A stretch of DNA of 63,838 nt, counting the filler, from Octopus bimaculoides (Eukaryota): NCBI RefSeq assembly GCF_001194135.2. It is 6 parts of 5 records of this genome, joined end to end, with 100 filler letters (N's around TTAATTAATTAA, not from the genome) between each part and the next. Parts side by side here need not be neighbours in the genome. Positions count along the whole stretch, not along the records: positions 11,437 to 26,176 come from NC_068992.1; positions 26,277 to 28,712 come from NC_068987.1; positions 28,813 to 31,666 come from NC_068994.1; positions 31,767 to 36,923 come from NC_068981.1; 2 more parts are not named here. One strand, 5' to 3'. The notes beneath the pieces were generated by a model. It was not told the DNA's origin, made no database searches, and saw only the letters and a list, made by a program, of their open reading frames with translations. A program made the translations under genes and the position numbers. This document shows, in pieces, positions 24,689 to 36,923 of the stretch; within the stretch, counting starts at the first letter, position 1; the number at the start of each line of letters is the position of its first letter.

Positions 24689-26746
24689 CGTGTGTGTATG
24701 TATGTATATATTCCTTTACATATGTATATACTTATATTTATATACACACACTCACACACTATTACGCGCACAAACTATTGGGGTGTAATGTATGTATGTC
24801 TGTATACGTGTATGTATATCGTTGCTTGAATAATGTATATCTATGTAACTGCGTACACATGTTACCGTACGTAAATATGCTTTTACACATTAATGCATTT
24901 AAACATTAAGTTTCTTAGGTGGTATGTGTTGGTGTATTTGAGTGTGTGCATCTGTGTATTAAGTCAGTATTTGTATATGTTTGTATGTAACTGTGTGTAT
25001 GTGAGTGCTTGTATAAAACTATGATTAGTCTTCTCATCAATGTATCTATATAACTATTTGCATAGATAATATGTTTGAGCTTGTGTTTGTGTGCGCGCAC
25101 GGGATTGTGTGTGTGTGTGTGTGTGTATGAAAGAAAATTGTTTGCTCGAGTATATATTTCGGTGTTTGTGTGATTGCACGCGCGCGCATTTGTGTGTATG
25201 CTGTGAGCATGCGTGTGAGTACACATCTTTGAGTTTATACACCCAGTTATCGTCTTTGTGTGCGTCTGTTTGCATGTGTGTGTGTGTGTGTGTGTGTTTG
25301 TGTGTGTGTGTGAGTGTGAGTGTGAGTGTGTGTATGTGTGTATTTACGTGTGTGTGTGTGTGTACGTGCGTGTGTGCTTATCGCTAGACAAATGCAAGTG
25401 GAGGAACGTTGGGTATATTAAAGAGATTTGAGCTCTGACGAACGCCATGGGAAGAGAACGTAAGATTTCACACACACACACATCGTTATACATACATGCA
25501 CGCACGCATAGCTACTCACAGAGACATTCATACATAAAATTCACATGTGCGCACACATACACTCAAGCATGCACACACATGCACGTACACACACACAGAC
25601 ACACAGACACACACACACGCACGTGCGCACAGACGCGCACACACACACATACAGCCATATATGCTAACGATTGACAACGAGGCCAAAACCTCGTTGCCGT
25701 TTTAAGATGGCGGTTTTGACCGACTGACTTCACGGTTTGGAGACGAAACGCTACCTAAATGTCTAAAACTTCAAAAGAAACCATTGGGCTAGAAGTCAAA
25801 GACTCGTTCTGTACATGGAATGTGTGTTAGCGGTTTGGTAATGGAATAGAATAAGAGATAAAAGAATATAGAGACGAAACGAGGGGAAGTGAGAGAGAAA
25901 TATGAAGACGGGAGGGAAAGAGAGGGATGAAATGATTTAAGAGAAGGTAAGGAAGAAAAGAAAGAAAGGGAAAGAAAAAAGAGAAAGGCAGCAAAAAAGA
26001 AAAATGAGGAAAATAAAGAGAGTAAGAGAAAGAGTGGCAAAAGTAAAATAAAGAAAAAAAGAAAGACTAGAAAATAAAATAAATATCTGGAATTGAATGT
26101 TAAAAATTTAATTAAGAAAATAAATTGAACGGAGGAAAAGATGAAAGAGAGAAAGAGAGAGAGAGAAAGAGAGAGANNNNNNNNNNNNNNNNNNNNNNNN
26201 NNNNNNNNNNNNNNNNNNNNTTAATTAATTAANNNNNNNNNNNNNNNNNNNNNNNNNNNNNNNNNNNNNNNNNNNNTGTATGTATAGGTGCATATCTGGG
26301 TACAGGACATTGCAAACAAAACGTAGACGAGAAAACACACAAGCCACATAGAGAACATTCTACTTCATCAGCTACCCCCATTTTAACACCGGCGTTTCGA
26401 AGAGCTGGGCAGGACGCATCGTTAAAACGGCTCTTCCCATGGACCGCAAATTAAATTTGTATACACAAATTAAATCTTGCCATGGAGGAATGTAGTGGCG
26501 GACAAAAAACAAGACAGGAAAACAAACAGAAAAGGCTTTACGGCCAGACGAGAAAAATTATGTGTGTATGAACGCTATGCGTACCTTACACACAGACACC
26601 CATACCTATACGTAGTGCTTTTTCTCATCGATTCATTAGGAGCTGAAATAAATAACTCGAACCAGTCTAACCTTAGAACATATATATTTTATTTCGTTTT
26701 TGGATTTGGTCTGCAAGATTCTTTATGTGAGTTCGTATGTTGAAAC

Positions 26747-26931
26747 ATATTCTGTTGTGTCTGGGAAAAGTTATTCTCTTTTGGTGCCTTATAATTTAAC
26801 ACACTCACCGGTAAAATTTCCACTTATTTCTGTTTTGTTTTTCTAAAATTTTCGTTGCATCTTGCATTATAAGGCGTGTTAAATTATAAGGCACCAAAAG
26901 AAAATGACTCACCCCAGACACAACAGAATAT
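26747..26931. repeat. Imperfect inverted repeat, about 56-bp arms
   Basis: ATATTCTGTTGTGTCTGGG...TTTAACAC (26747-26802) versus GTGTTAAA...CAGACACAACAGAATAT (26876-26931). Confidence 0.8.
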
Positions 26932-27849
26932 ATATTTTAGATATGGATATACATACAAACATTCGTATTCTGTATATTTCTCATTTTGTCTTGCCCGCTT
27001 ATGTTCTGGTGTTTGCGAAATTTTTTTCTGGAGAACATTATTTTTCTTTGTGGTTGGGTCGTTGATGACCTCTTTCTAGCATATCGGATGTCCACTTAGT
27101 GGTCATCCCTTCTTATACGCATGCAATACAATTTTTCTGAATTTTCAAATTTTTTTATATGCTAGGCCACTTGGTTTTAAATTGATGTTAATTGAAGTAA
27201 TATTCAATTTATCACCCTCAATATATATATATATATATATANNNNNNNNNNNNNNNNNNNNNNNNNNNNNNNNNNNNNNNNNNNNNNNNNNNNNNNNNNN
27301 NNNNNNNNNNNNNNNNNNNNNNNNNNNNNNNNNNNNNNNNNNNNNNNNNNNNNNNNNNNNNNNNNNNNNNNNNNNNNNNNNNNNNNNNNNNNNNNNNNNN
27401 NNNNNNNNNNNNNNNNNNNNNNNNNNNNNNNNNNNNNNNNNNNNNNNNNNNNNNNNNNNNNNNNNNNNNNNNNNNNNNNNNNNNNNNNNNNNNNNNNNNN
27501 NNNNNNNNNNNNNNNNNNNNNNNNNNNNNNNNNNNNNNNNNNNNNNNNNNNNNNNNNNNNNNNNNNNNNNNNNNNNNNNNNNNNNNNNNNNNNNNNNNNN
27601 NNNNNNNNNNNNNNNNNNNNNNNNNNNNNNNNNNNNNNNNNNNNNNNNNNNNNNNNNNNNNNNNNNNNNNNNNNNNNNNNNNNNNNNNNNNNNNNNNNNN
27701 NNNNNNNNNNNNNNNNNNNNTGTGCAGCGGTTGAGTAGAGATCATCCGAAGGTGCTAGATAGCAGAAGCGTTGAGACATAACACACACACACACACTCAC
27801 ACACACACACACACTCACACACACACACACACACACACCCTGAAGGAAG

Positions 27850-28550
27850 AGAGTATGGCTGTTTTTGCATAGTTTTTTTTTTCCAAAATGCATCAGCTCA
27901 AATTTTCCCTCGTTTAGTTGCAATTTGTTTTTGTCTGCCCATTCACTCACAGCATGTAGATCAGACTGGAGTTGAGTTCGGTTTTCTTCAATGATAATTT
28001 TCTGGAGCTTAGAATCATCAGCAAATATTTTCACTTTGCTGTGTTTTATAACGCTAGAAAGGTCGTTCATAAAGATTATAAAGAAGAGCGGGTCCAAGAC
28101 ACCACTAGTGACTTTTTCCGCGCTTGAGTGGATGCCATCGACCACAACATCTGTTTTGTTCATCAATAGTATTTGACCACATTTATTGCTACTATGATGT
28201 CTGAAGCAGTGAAGGGGTTATGTCCGAGATTTTATGTTGGGAGTCGACTTCGTTCACATCCATTACGTCAATATCAGTGGGATCACTAAAGACAGAGCAG
28301 TATTGTTCCTGCAGTTTTTCTGTCATTTCTTTAGCATCATGTTGGAGAATGCCGTTATTATCGATCAATGGACCAATGGGTCAGACAGCGGTTCTCTGGT
28401 TATTTGCATATGAATAGAAAACTTTTGGGTTGTTTGATTACCCACCGTTCCTCTGCAGCTCTTTGATTTTCATTGGAGGTTTTCATGTCGGCCTGCAGAT
28501 GATGTTTTTCCAAATCCAGGCTTTTCATTGTTGTTGAATGTGGATGTTGT
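27850..28550 (-). mobile_element. CR1-clade LINE fragments (EN-RT linker and RT core)
   Basis: SGVLDPLFFIIFMNDL...KIFADDSKL...LQSDLHAVSEWADKNKLQLNEGK, with EQYCSVFSDP upstream. Confidence 0.85.
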
Positions 28551-28665
28551 ATGTGGGAGTATTTTAAGTGGTTGATATATATATATATCAATTGCGAATT
28601 TGTCCCTTTCGTGTATCACCTAGCTGTCTGGATCTTTTGCGACCTTGTCCCATTTTGTATTATTT

Positions 28666-28712
<47 letters not shown>

Positions 28713-30208
28713 NNNNNNNNNNNNNNNNNNNNNNNNNNNNNNNNNNNNNNNNNNNNTTAATTAATTAANNNNNNNNNNNNNNNNNNNNNNNNNNNNNNNN
28801 NNNNNNNNNNNNACACACACACACACACACACACATTGGTGCAATGCTTAAATGTGAGTCTACGGCTGGATTTAAATTCAGAATTTAGATGAGGCCTAAT
28901 TAGATGCAAAATGTTGTCTTGTCCTCTTCTATGTTGAGCCGGCACTTCACTACTCTCTCTGGTACCATTAGGGATAGTAATAACACCAAGGCAGCGAATT
29001 GGCCGAGTTGTGGGAACTTCGAATAGAATGTCGAACTGTATAATGTTTTGCAGACGTCTTTCTTCTTGGTTCGAATTCTGCTAGGGTCATTTTTGCTCCT
29101 CCATCAACAATGACGACGACGACGATGATAACGATGAGGATGTTGATGAGGATGTTGATGAGGATGTTGATGAGGATGAAGAGGAGAATGACGATAACGA
29201 GGAAAACGATGATGACGACGACGACGACGATGATGATGATACATACTTATAATAATGGTTTCTAACATACTCCGATTTGTTGGGCGTATCACCAACAACA
29301 CATAACTATGGACAGCTTAGGCTAAGCCTATTGACTAACTTAATGAAAATTCTTGAAAATCCAGATGATACCTGTATGACAAATGGAACTGTTTAGTCAA
29401 ATTTGAGAGGGTCTTTCACACTCATCTTCTCTCAACTGCTCCCATACATTCCCTGGTTTGAACAAAAATGCCATCCCTGTCGTCCTCTGATACTAGTGTG
29501 CGATGTGTTCCAGCGTAGTTTCCGGATGCTGCTTAGCTAAGGAACCACCGCTTCATTATATAGACAGATAGATAAATAGATAAATAGATAGATAAGAACG
29601 AGGATAAAATAGGCCATGTACAACGATTAGTAGGTCGATAGTGAAGGAGTAAAATCAAGTGATTAAGAGATATAATTTTGTTGTTAGAGATATAATTTGA
29701 TTGAAAATATTTTTGACTGTCTGAATGTCTAAGATCAAAGTAAATGAAGGACTGCAAAAGTCTAATTAACTACAAGTCATTAATTTTGGCAATAAATTAC
29801 CATCATTGCATACAGTACACAAACCTAGTTTTACTGAGTGTCTGAAATTGTGATTCCCGACTTTTGTTTTTATTTTCCACGTCCATCGTTAGTAGCTCGA
29901 CAACTTATTCCCATGTGTCCCCTTAATATCATTACCATTATACTATAGAATATAATGGGAGATATACAACAGACGATATACAATTAAAGGTAATAACGAT
30001 ATTGACATTCAGGAGAAAGTAAACGGCAGGAATTACTTATAGGAGGTGAAAAGTAAATTGAATCACGTCAATAAATTGCTGATACTTGTGTTAAAAATCT
30101 GAGGTACGATGAAATAAAAATTCAATTTCAGAGAGATTTGAACTTAGAATTATGAGTATATTAGCAAGAGATCTTTTGGTTTCCGTCACTACTTCACCTT
30201 CTATAAAT

Positions 30209-31260
30209 AGTGTTACTAGACAAGGTAAAGGAGTCAGTGTTAGAATACAAGATAAAGAGTATTGTTAGACAAGATAGAAAAATGGTTTTACTTGGTAGGT
30301 TAGAGATGTAAGTATAGAAGGTGTTACTATACAGGTGTTACTATGAACGACAAATAATTATTTCAAATTTTTGCCACAAGGGCAGCTTGAAAATTTGTCG
30401 ATTACATCCGGTACTCATTTTATCAACTCCGAAAGGATGAAAGGCAAAGTTGACCTCGGTGGAATTTGAACACAGAACGTAGCAACGGGCGAAATACCAC
30501 TAAGCATTTCGTCCAGCGTGCTAACGATTCTGTCAGCTTGCCGCCTTATGAATGATAAATAATGATAAAATGTTGTTAGACAAAAATAAAAGAGTGTTTT
30601 TAAGCAATTTGTAGTGTTTCTGGAAAAGATAAACAGAAACTTACGAAATAAGAGAGTGCTGCCATACAAGGTAAACAGAAGCGTTAATAGACAAGATAGA
30701 AAGAAAGTGTTATTATATAAAGTGTTTTATATTAAGTGTTATATATAAAGAAATATTACTAGATAAATAAAGAAACAATCCAGGACAAATAGTATGTGAT
30801 AGAGGAGTGTTATTAGGCGAGATGAGAAAGTATTTCTTGACACGATAAACAGAAGAGTTACTCTGTACGAGATAAAGTTCTGTAACAAGGCAGAAATATT
30901 ATCAGAGACAACAAAGAGTTATTATTAGATCAAATAAGATACTATACAAAGGTACTATACAAGATAAATAGTGAACTATACGTGATAACGTATGTTATTA
31001 GACAAGATAAAGGAGTGTTATGAGGTAGATATAAAAATATTTCTGGACAAGATAAACAAACGTGTTAATTGTCTCAATAAAGGAGTGTTTCTAAACAAAA
31101 CAGAGAAGAGGTATTAGAAAACAATTAGATAGATGCTGTAAGATAAACTAAACATACTATAGAGGCTGCTGTACAAAAGGGTGATGCTGTACGTAATAAA
31201 GGGTGTTATTTAGACAAGATAAAATAGTGATATTTATGGAAGATAACGATGTGTAAAGAA
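30209..31260. repeat. Highly degenerate AT-rich minisatellite (core GTGTTATTAGACAAGATAAA), interrupted by a SINE
   Basis: Variants of TGTTAnTAGACAAGATA recur every few tens of bp. Confidence 0.65.
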
Positions 31261-31624
31261 TTGTCATTAAAGAAGTGTTATACGAGATTATGCGGTGAAG
31301 CTAAACAATTTAAAGTCGCACTTCTATGAGTATTACAAAAGATGGATTAAAATACCTGGAAAGTAAATCTAAAATAAATCGCAAGTAGTGTTCCAGCACG
31401 GACACAGTCCAATGGATGGAACCAGTGAAGGAATAAAGAGGAAGACTTAAGGAATTCTTTCAGTAATAATGTATCCGTTAAGAAATGTTGACGCCGTAAA
31501 CCATTGCAGACATTGACCGACAGATGATGCTTTTGGGAAACAGTCACATGCACATACAAGAACATATACGTAAAATATGGAACGCTTCACGAATTTGTGT
31601 TATCCGTTCGCATGTATACATACT

Positions 31625-31666
<42 letters not shown>

Positions 31667-32049
31667 NNNNNNNNNNNNNNNNNNNNNNNNNNNNNNNNNN
31701 NNNNNNNNNNTTAATTAATTAANNNNNNNNNNNNNNNNNNNNNNNNNNNNNNNNNNNNNNNNNNNNTTTCATTTTAATATCAGAGAATGTGTGATAATCA
31801 GTATGTAACAATACAAAGTTCATACAAAGCTTTATACTTTAAATATATTTTATCATCAAAGAATGTATATATGCATTTTAATACTCGAACTGTTTTTAAA
31901 CATTTTTTTATTATTCTCAAAGACTTTTGATAATCTTTTTCTAAAAAAGTGAAACCGGTTAAGTAAATAGATATTTTTAAAAAATAAGTGCATTTTCAAA
32001 CCTTCTTTCATATATATTTCCACTCGTACGGTATTCCACAACTTTACTT

Positions 32050-32084
<35 letters not shown>

Positions 32085-32239
32085 TGCATACATACACACA
32101 CACACATATATACACACACATACATACATACCCACGGTACCCACACACATAAACACACGCACACATTGCATGTATATATATATTTTTTATAAGAAAGTCC
32201 GAAACAAAGCAAGAAGCCTCTTAGTGTATCGGACTGTGA

Positions 32240-32700
32240 AGAAGGAGAAATTAAGACGAAAGGAATGAATTTACTTTAGACTTTAAAGAGTTCAGATCAT
32301 AAGAAGGAGGTAAGCAATGAGATGGAAGTGAGTTCCAAAACCTGGCAGTGCGAGTGGGGAAAGCTGCGACCGTAGAAAGACTTCCTTATTTGTGGAAGCA
32401 CAACATCATTTGGATGAAGACGCTGTGAGTTTCGAATCAGGTGAGATGGCACAAAGTGATCTGGAACTAAGAGAGAAATTTCCTCAGAGCACTTTCTGTA
32501 GTAATAACAATAGAAAATACCAAGACTGGCGACGTCACATCCACGTGACAAGGGTTACAGAGTTGAGGCAAGAGAAGGACCAATCAAATTAGATATTCGC
32601 TGCTGAACTCGGCCAAAGAGATCCAAGTGACAAGATGGTGCCCAAATATAACAATAGTATTCCATACAAAAATGAATTGTGGTCTTGTAAAGATAGAAAC
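32240..32700 (-). mobile_element. CR1/Jockey-group LINE 3' fragment; second copy at about 35880-36080
   Basis: EYYCYIWA...LFGRVQQRISNLIG...LSRGCDVASLGIFYCYY pattern of the post-RT region. About 200 bp are shared with 35880-36080. Confidence 0.65.
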
Positions 32701-32967
32701 TGGCTGTGGATGTGAGGAAGTCCTTTCATCTATAGCATATCCCATCTTACGGAAAGCAGCCCTATCGAGTGATTGTATGTAAGAACCCCGAGAAAGATTA
32801 GGTGAAAAAATAAGATCAAACATTTATGTACTTGTATCCATTTGTGTAAGTGTGTGTGTGTGGGCGGGTGTATTTATATATAGCATATGTACATGTGTGT
32901 GTAGATCGTTGACCAAACACCATTCAATTTTTTTTTCTCCGTGTTTTTCTCCTTGTTTTCTCCGTAT

Positions 32968-33004
32968 TCTTTCTGTTGAAGAGCGTAGCTCGAAACGTTA
33001 AAGA
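32968..33004 (+). ncRNA. Minimal hammerhead-like motif with an A6U core variant
   Basis: TCTTT-CTGTTGA-A-GAGC(gta)GCTC-GAAAC-GTT-AAAGA. Stems I (5 bp) and II (4 bp) are perfect. Confidence 0.55.
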
Positions 33005-33359
33005 CTTTCTGTATTCCCGAGCGTCAAACTAATACATCCTTTTGTTGTTTACACCACCTGTCCTCGTCTGTTGTTGTTTTTTTCGTACATTCTCCCATAT
33101 ATATATATATATATATATANNNNNNNNNNNNNNNNNNNNNNNNNNNNNNNNNNNNNNNNNNNNNNNNNNNNNNNNNNNNNNNNNNNNNNNNNNNNNNNNN
33201 NNNNNNNNNNNNNNNNNNNNNNNNNNNNNNNNNNNNNNNNNNNNNNNNNNNNNNNNNNNNNNNNNNNNNNNNNNNNNNNNNNNNNNNNNNNNNNNNNNNN
33301 NNNNNNNNNNNNNNNNTATATATAATAATAATATTAACATTTTAATAATAATTAACGGT

Positions 33360-33670
33360 ACTGAGAAGCAGCACCTGCAAGCTAGAGATAGTCGTCAAAA
33401 GACTCACAAAACCACTTCAAATTACATTCCATTAGCACACAGCTGAAAGCGAGCAAATGAATAAAAGAGATTTATTAAAATTTTGAGGTTGATTCTAAAT
33501 CGTCCGATTTCTGGTTTAATAATGGAAATTACTCTACCGTCATCAGTAGAATATACCAGGAGTGCATAAATATAAATATATATAACACACCCATACAATG
33601 GAATGTATTTCGAAGCGATTTGTAGAGACTTTTGACGTCTGTCTCTAGCATATAGGTGCTGCTTCTCAGT
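33360..33670. repeat. Element with about 74-bp imperfect inverted arms enclosing the hammerhead
   Basis: 33360-33433 is the reverse complement of 33597-33670 (ACTGAGAAGCAGCACCT...CATTCCATT). Confidence 0.8.
33487..33557 (-). ncRNA. Type I hammerhead ribozyme motif, best-preserved in the window
   Basis: Minus strand: GGT at ATTCTA-CTGATGA-C-GGT agag TAAT(ttcc)ATTA ttaa ACC-A-GAA-ATCG(ga)CGAT-T-TAGAAT ca ACC. Intact core, NUH = AUU, C.A mismatch at 10.1-11.1. Confidence 0.65.
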
Positions 33671-34916
33671 TCCCTGAATTATAATTATATCTATATAATA
33701 ATATATTTATATTAATGTTTACTTATATGCTTTTTATTACATTCTGGCCACTGATAAAATCATTAATTGATTTTATCCTTAATTATGTTTGAATATATTT
33801 ATTTATTCACTTCGATCCTGATATTTACTGCGGTATTATCTTGATCAAATACGCACGTGGATGAGATCAATAATCGGATTTGCCTCGTATATACGTGTGG
33901 ATATATGTATATATTTGTATATATACGAATATATTTGAACGGGCATGTATATATACGATCTGTGTTTGAAAAGTTTCAGACACAGATCGTGTGTCAATAA
34001 CCAGCTGGAAAAGATGTTTTCCTGGGGTTAAAAGGTAGTAACATGGTTCTACGCAGGAAAGCCACCTTACGTTGGCAAATAGATTTTACTATNNNNNNNN
34101 NNNNNNNNNNNNNNNNNNNNNNNNNNNNNNNNNNNATATATATGTATGTATGTATATATATATGTGTGTGTATATGTTTGTGTGTCTGTGTTTGTCCCCC
34201 CAACATCACTTGACAACCGATGCTGGTGTGTAACTTAGCAGTTCGGCAAAAGAGACCGATAGAATAAGTACTTGGCTTACAAAGAATAAGTCTTGGGGGT
34301 CGACTAAAGGCGGTGCTCCAGCATGGCCGCAGTCAAATGACTGAAACAAGTAAAAGAATAAAAGAATAAAAGAATACATACATACATAGGTAGGTAGGTA
34401 TGAATGAATTTATGTATGTATTGCCACTTGTTTACTTCAATTAGTAAATGCCAACATGAGATCTCATATGACTAGTAAGTTCAGCTACTGCAGATGTTAC
34501 AAACAAGTTCAGGAAGAATAGTGCCTGGTATTGAGGTCAAATCCTTTTCACGAAGTGCTCATTACCAGATGCAGTGTTTGATTCTCCACGTTTCAAATGC
34601 TTTACAACCATTGAAGATAATTCCCTCATTTGCACTTAGTCTTTAACATCCACATTAAGAACCTTAAGGTTGTTTTTGACGACGTCTCTATGTCAGGTCG
34701 TTCTCGAGCACTACCGTTAGCATGTAGCCCAATTTACCTTGTTGCGTGGCCGGTCGATTGCGACTAAACCGGCAACTCCATCAAGCTCGTTTGATGAAGC
34801 AGGTCTCTTTTGGCATGTCCCGTAAATTCACCGTCATCAATCCGCCGTTTTTTTTTTCCTCAATAAAATAGTTTTTAACTATTAACGATGAAATACTATG
34901 GATATATTTTCTCGGT

Positions 34917-35302
34917 GTGAAGGTGCAATGGCCCAGTGGTTAGGGCAGCGGACTCGCGGTCATAGGATCGCGATTTCGATTCTCAGACCGGGCGTTGTGA
35001 GTGTTTATTGAGCGAAAACACCTAAAGCTCCACGAGGCTCCGGCAGGGGATGGTGGTGAACCCTGCTGTACTCTTTCACCACAACTTTCTCTTACTTCCT
35101 GTTTCTGTTGTGCCTGTAATTCAAAGGGTCAGCCTTGTCACACTGTGTCACGCTGAATATCCCCGAGAACTACGTTAAGGGTACACGTGTCTGTGGAGTG
35201 CTCAGCCACTTGCACGTTAATTTCACGAGCAGGCTGTTCCGTTGATCGGATCAACTGGAACCCTCGACGTCGTAAGCGACGGAGTGCCAACAACAACAAC
35301 AA
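34917..35302 (+). mobile_element. tRNA-derived SINE family D, full length
   Basis: Near-identical reverse complement of 20091-20475, ending in (CAA)n. Confidence 0.9.
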
Positions 35303-35820
35303 CTTTCTCGCGGTGAACTTTCTTCATGGTGAATTGATAGCATTGAACTTTTTCTGTGGGGAATTGAGGGCGGTGAACTTGCCTGTAATCCTTTTTTGGA
35401 CACCCTGCGAGATGAAAAACAAAACCCGTCAAAAGACAGAGGAACTCATCTGAGTCTACGGGTACTCCAATAGTGTGTATATATATGCTTGTGTATATAT
35501 ATACATACGCAGGGTCGATTGGAGTCTGTAGTCACGTTAAGGCAGCCTATTGATGGTGCCGTACTACGTGGCACTTACAACAAAACGACGACCACCCTGG
35601 CATACCGCACTTGTCAAACTCTGCGACAATACACGCACACACACGCATCACACACACATGTATGTATGTAAGTATGTATACATATGTATGTATATAAACG
35701 TTTTCCCGGCTATGACTTTAAACTGCATCAGCTATGGGGCTCTGGTTCGGGAGTTCCAGGGATTTGAAAAGTGTAGAATTCCCTTTCAGTCGCTATTGTT
35801 TCCAGGTCTACTTTGACCTA

Positions 35821-35852
<32 letters not shown>

Positions 35853-36522
35853 CCTGTCAGGGTCGCAACTATTTCCTCGGAGCACTTTCTGTAGTAATAA
35901 CAATAGAAAATACCAAGACTGGTGACGTCACATTCACGTGACAAGGGTTACAGAGTTGAAGCAAGAGAGGGACCAATCAAATTAGACATTCGCTTCTGAA
36001 CCCGGCCAAGGAGATCCAAGTGACAAGATGGTGCCCAAATATGACAATAGTATTCTATACAAAAATGAATTCTGGTCTTGCAATGGCCATCCATCTGAGC
36101 GTGGGTGTGTAGAAATACCCTTGGTTGGCGACAGGGTGTGCAGTAAAACCACCGGGAATGAGGGAGCCCTAACTGTTGTCACAGCATCATTCTAGGAGAA
36201 GGACACTCTGATGTAAAACCTGTGGTTTCATGTGATTACCGGTTGTCTCACTTCGGCATGTCACTAGGTACTAATCACGGAGAGTTTCTACAAGCGTTTT
36301 TCACACTTATCTAATGACGTACAGATATCTCTTTATGATGACCTCATTTGTCATTCCATGCACTGGCAATGGAAGAGTGGCAATATGTGTAGAATTAACC
36401 AGATGGAATCGCAGTGTAATTTACAACCTTCGTCTGCCAAGAAAATAACCCTGGTACTCTGTCGATTACGACGACAAGTGTTCCAGTTGATCTGATCAAT
36501 AGGACAGCTTGCTTGTGAAATT

Positions 36523-36578
36523 AAGACTAACTAAAATAACATGACAGTTACAACTGTCATGTTATTTTAGTTAGTCTT
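36523..36578. repeat. Perfect palindrome, 27-bp arms, 2-nt spacer
   Basis: AAGACTAACTAAAATAACATGACAGTT-AC-AACTGTCATGTTATTTTAGTTAGTCTT. Confidence 0.95.
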
Positions 36579-36816
36579 CTTTGTTTTCGTCCTGGCCGTA
36601 TACATTCATTAGCTGTTCCCAGAACCTTCCTGCTCTGGCGCTGCCAAGATGAACTGGTATCAATCTTAAAAGTGCGAAACTACTATGATCTCTTGAACAT
36701 TGACTGATGAGGAATCAGCTCCGAATTTTTCGCGTACTATGATTTTGTCTAATTCTCCGTTTGTTATGTTTTTGTTAAATTTCTCCTTTTGTTGTTCTTT
36801 TTATTCAACCCTTGAA

Positions 36817-36851
<35 letters not shown>

Positions 36852-36863
36852 TGTATGTATGTA

Positions 36864-36923
<60 letters not shown>

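Noticed and set aside
26340-26450. Hammerhead in the repeat containing GAAGAGC/GCTCTTC-GAAACGCC and a downstream CTGATGAAG (similar words at 24565-24600)
   Set aside because: No CUGAnGA precedes the stem, and the downstream core cannot be paired into a type II or III fold without using G8/A9 in a helix.
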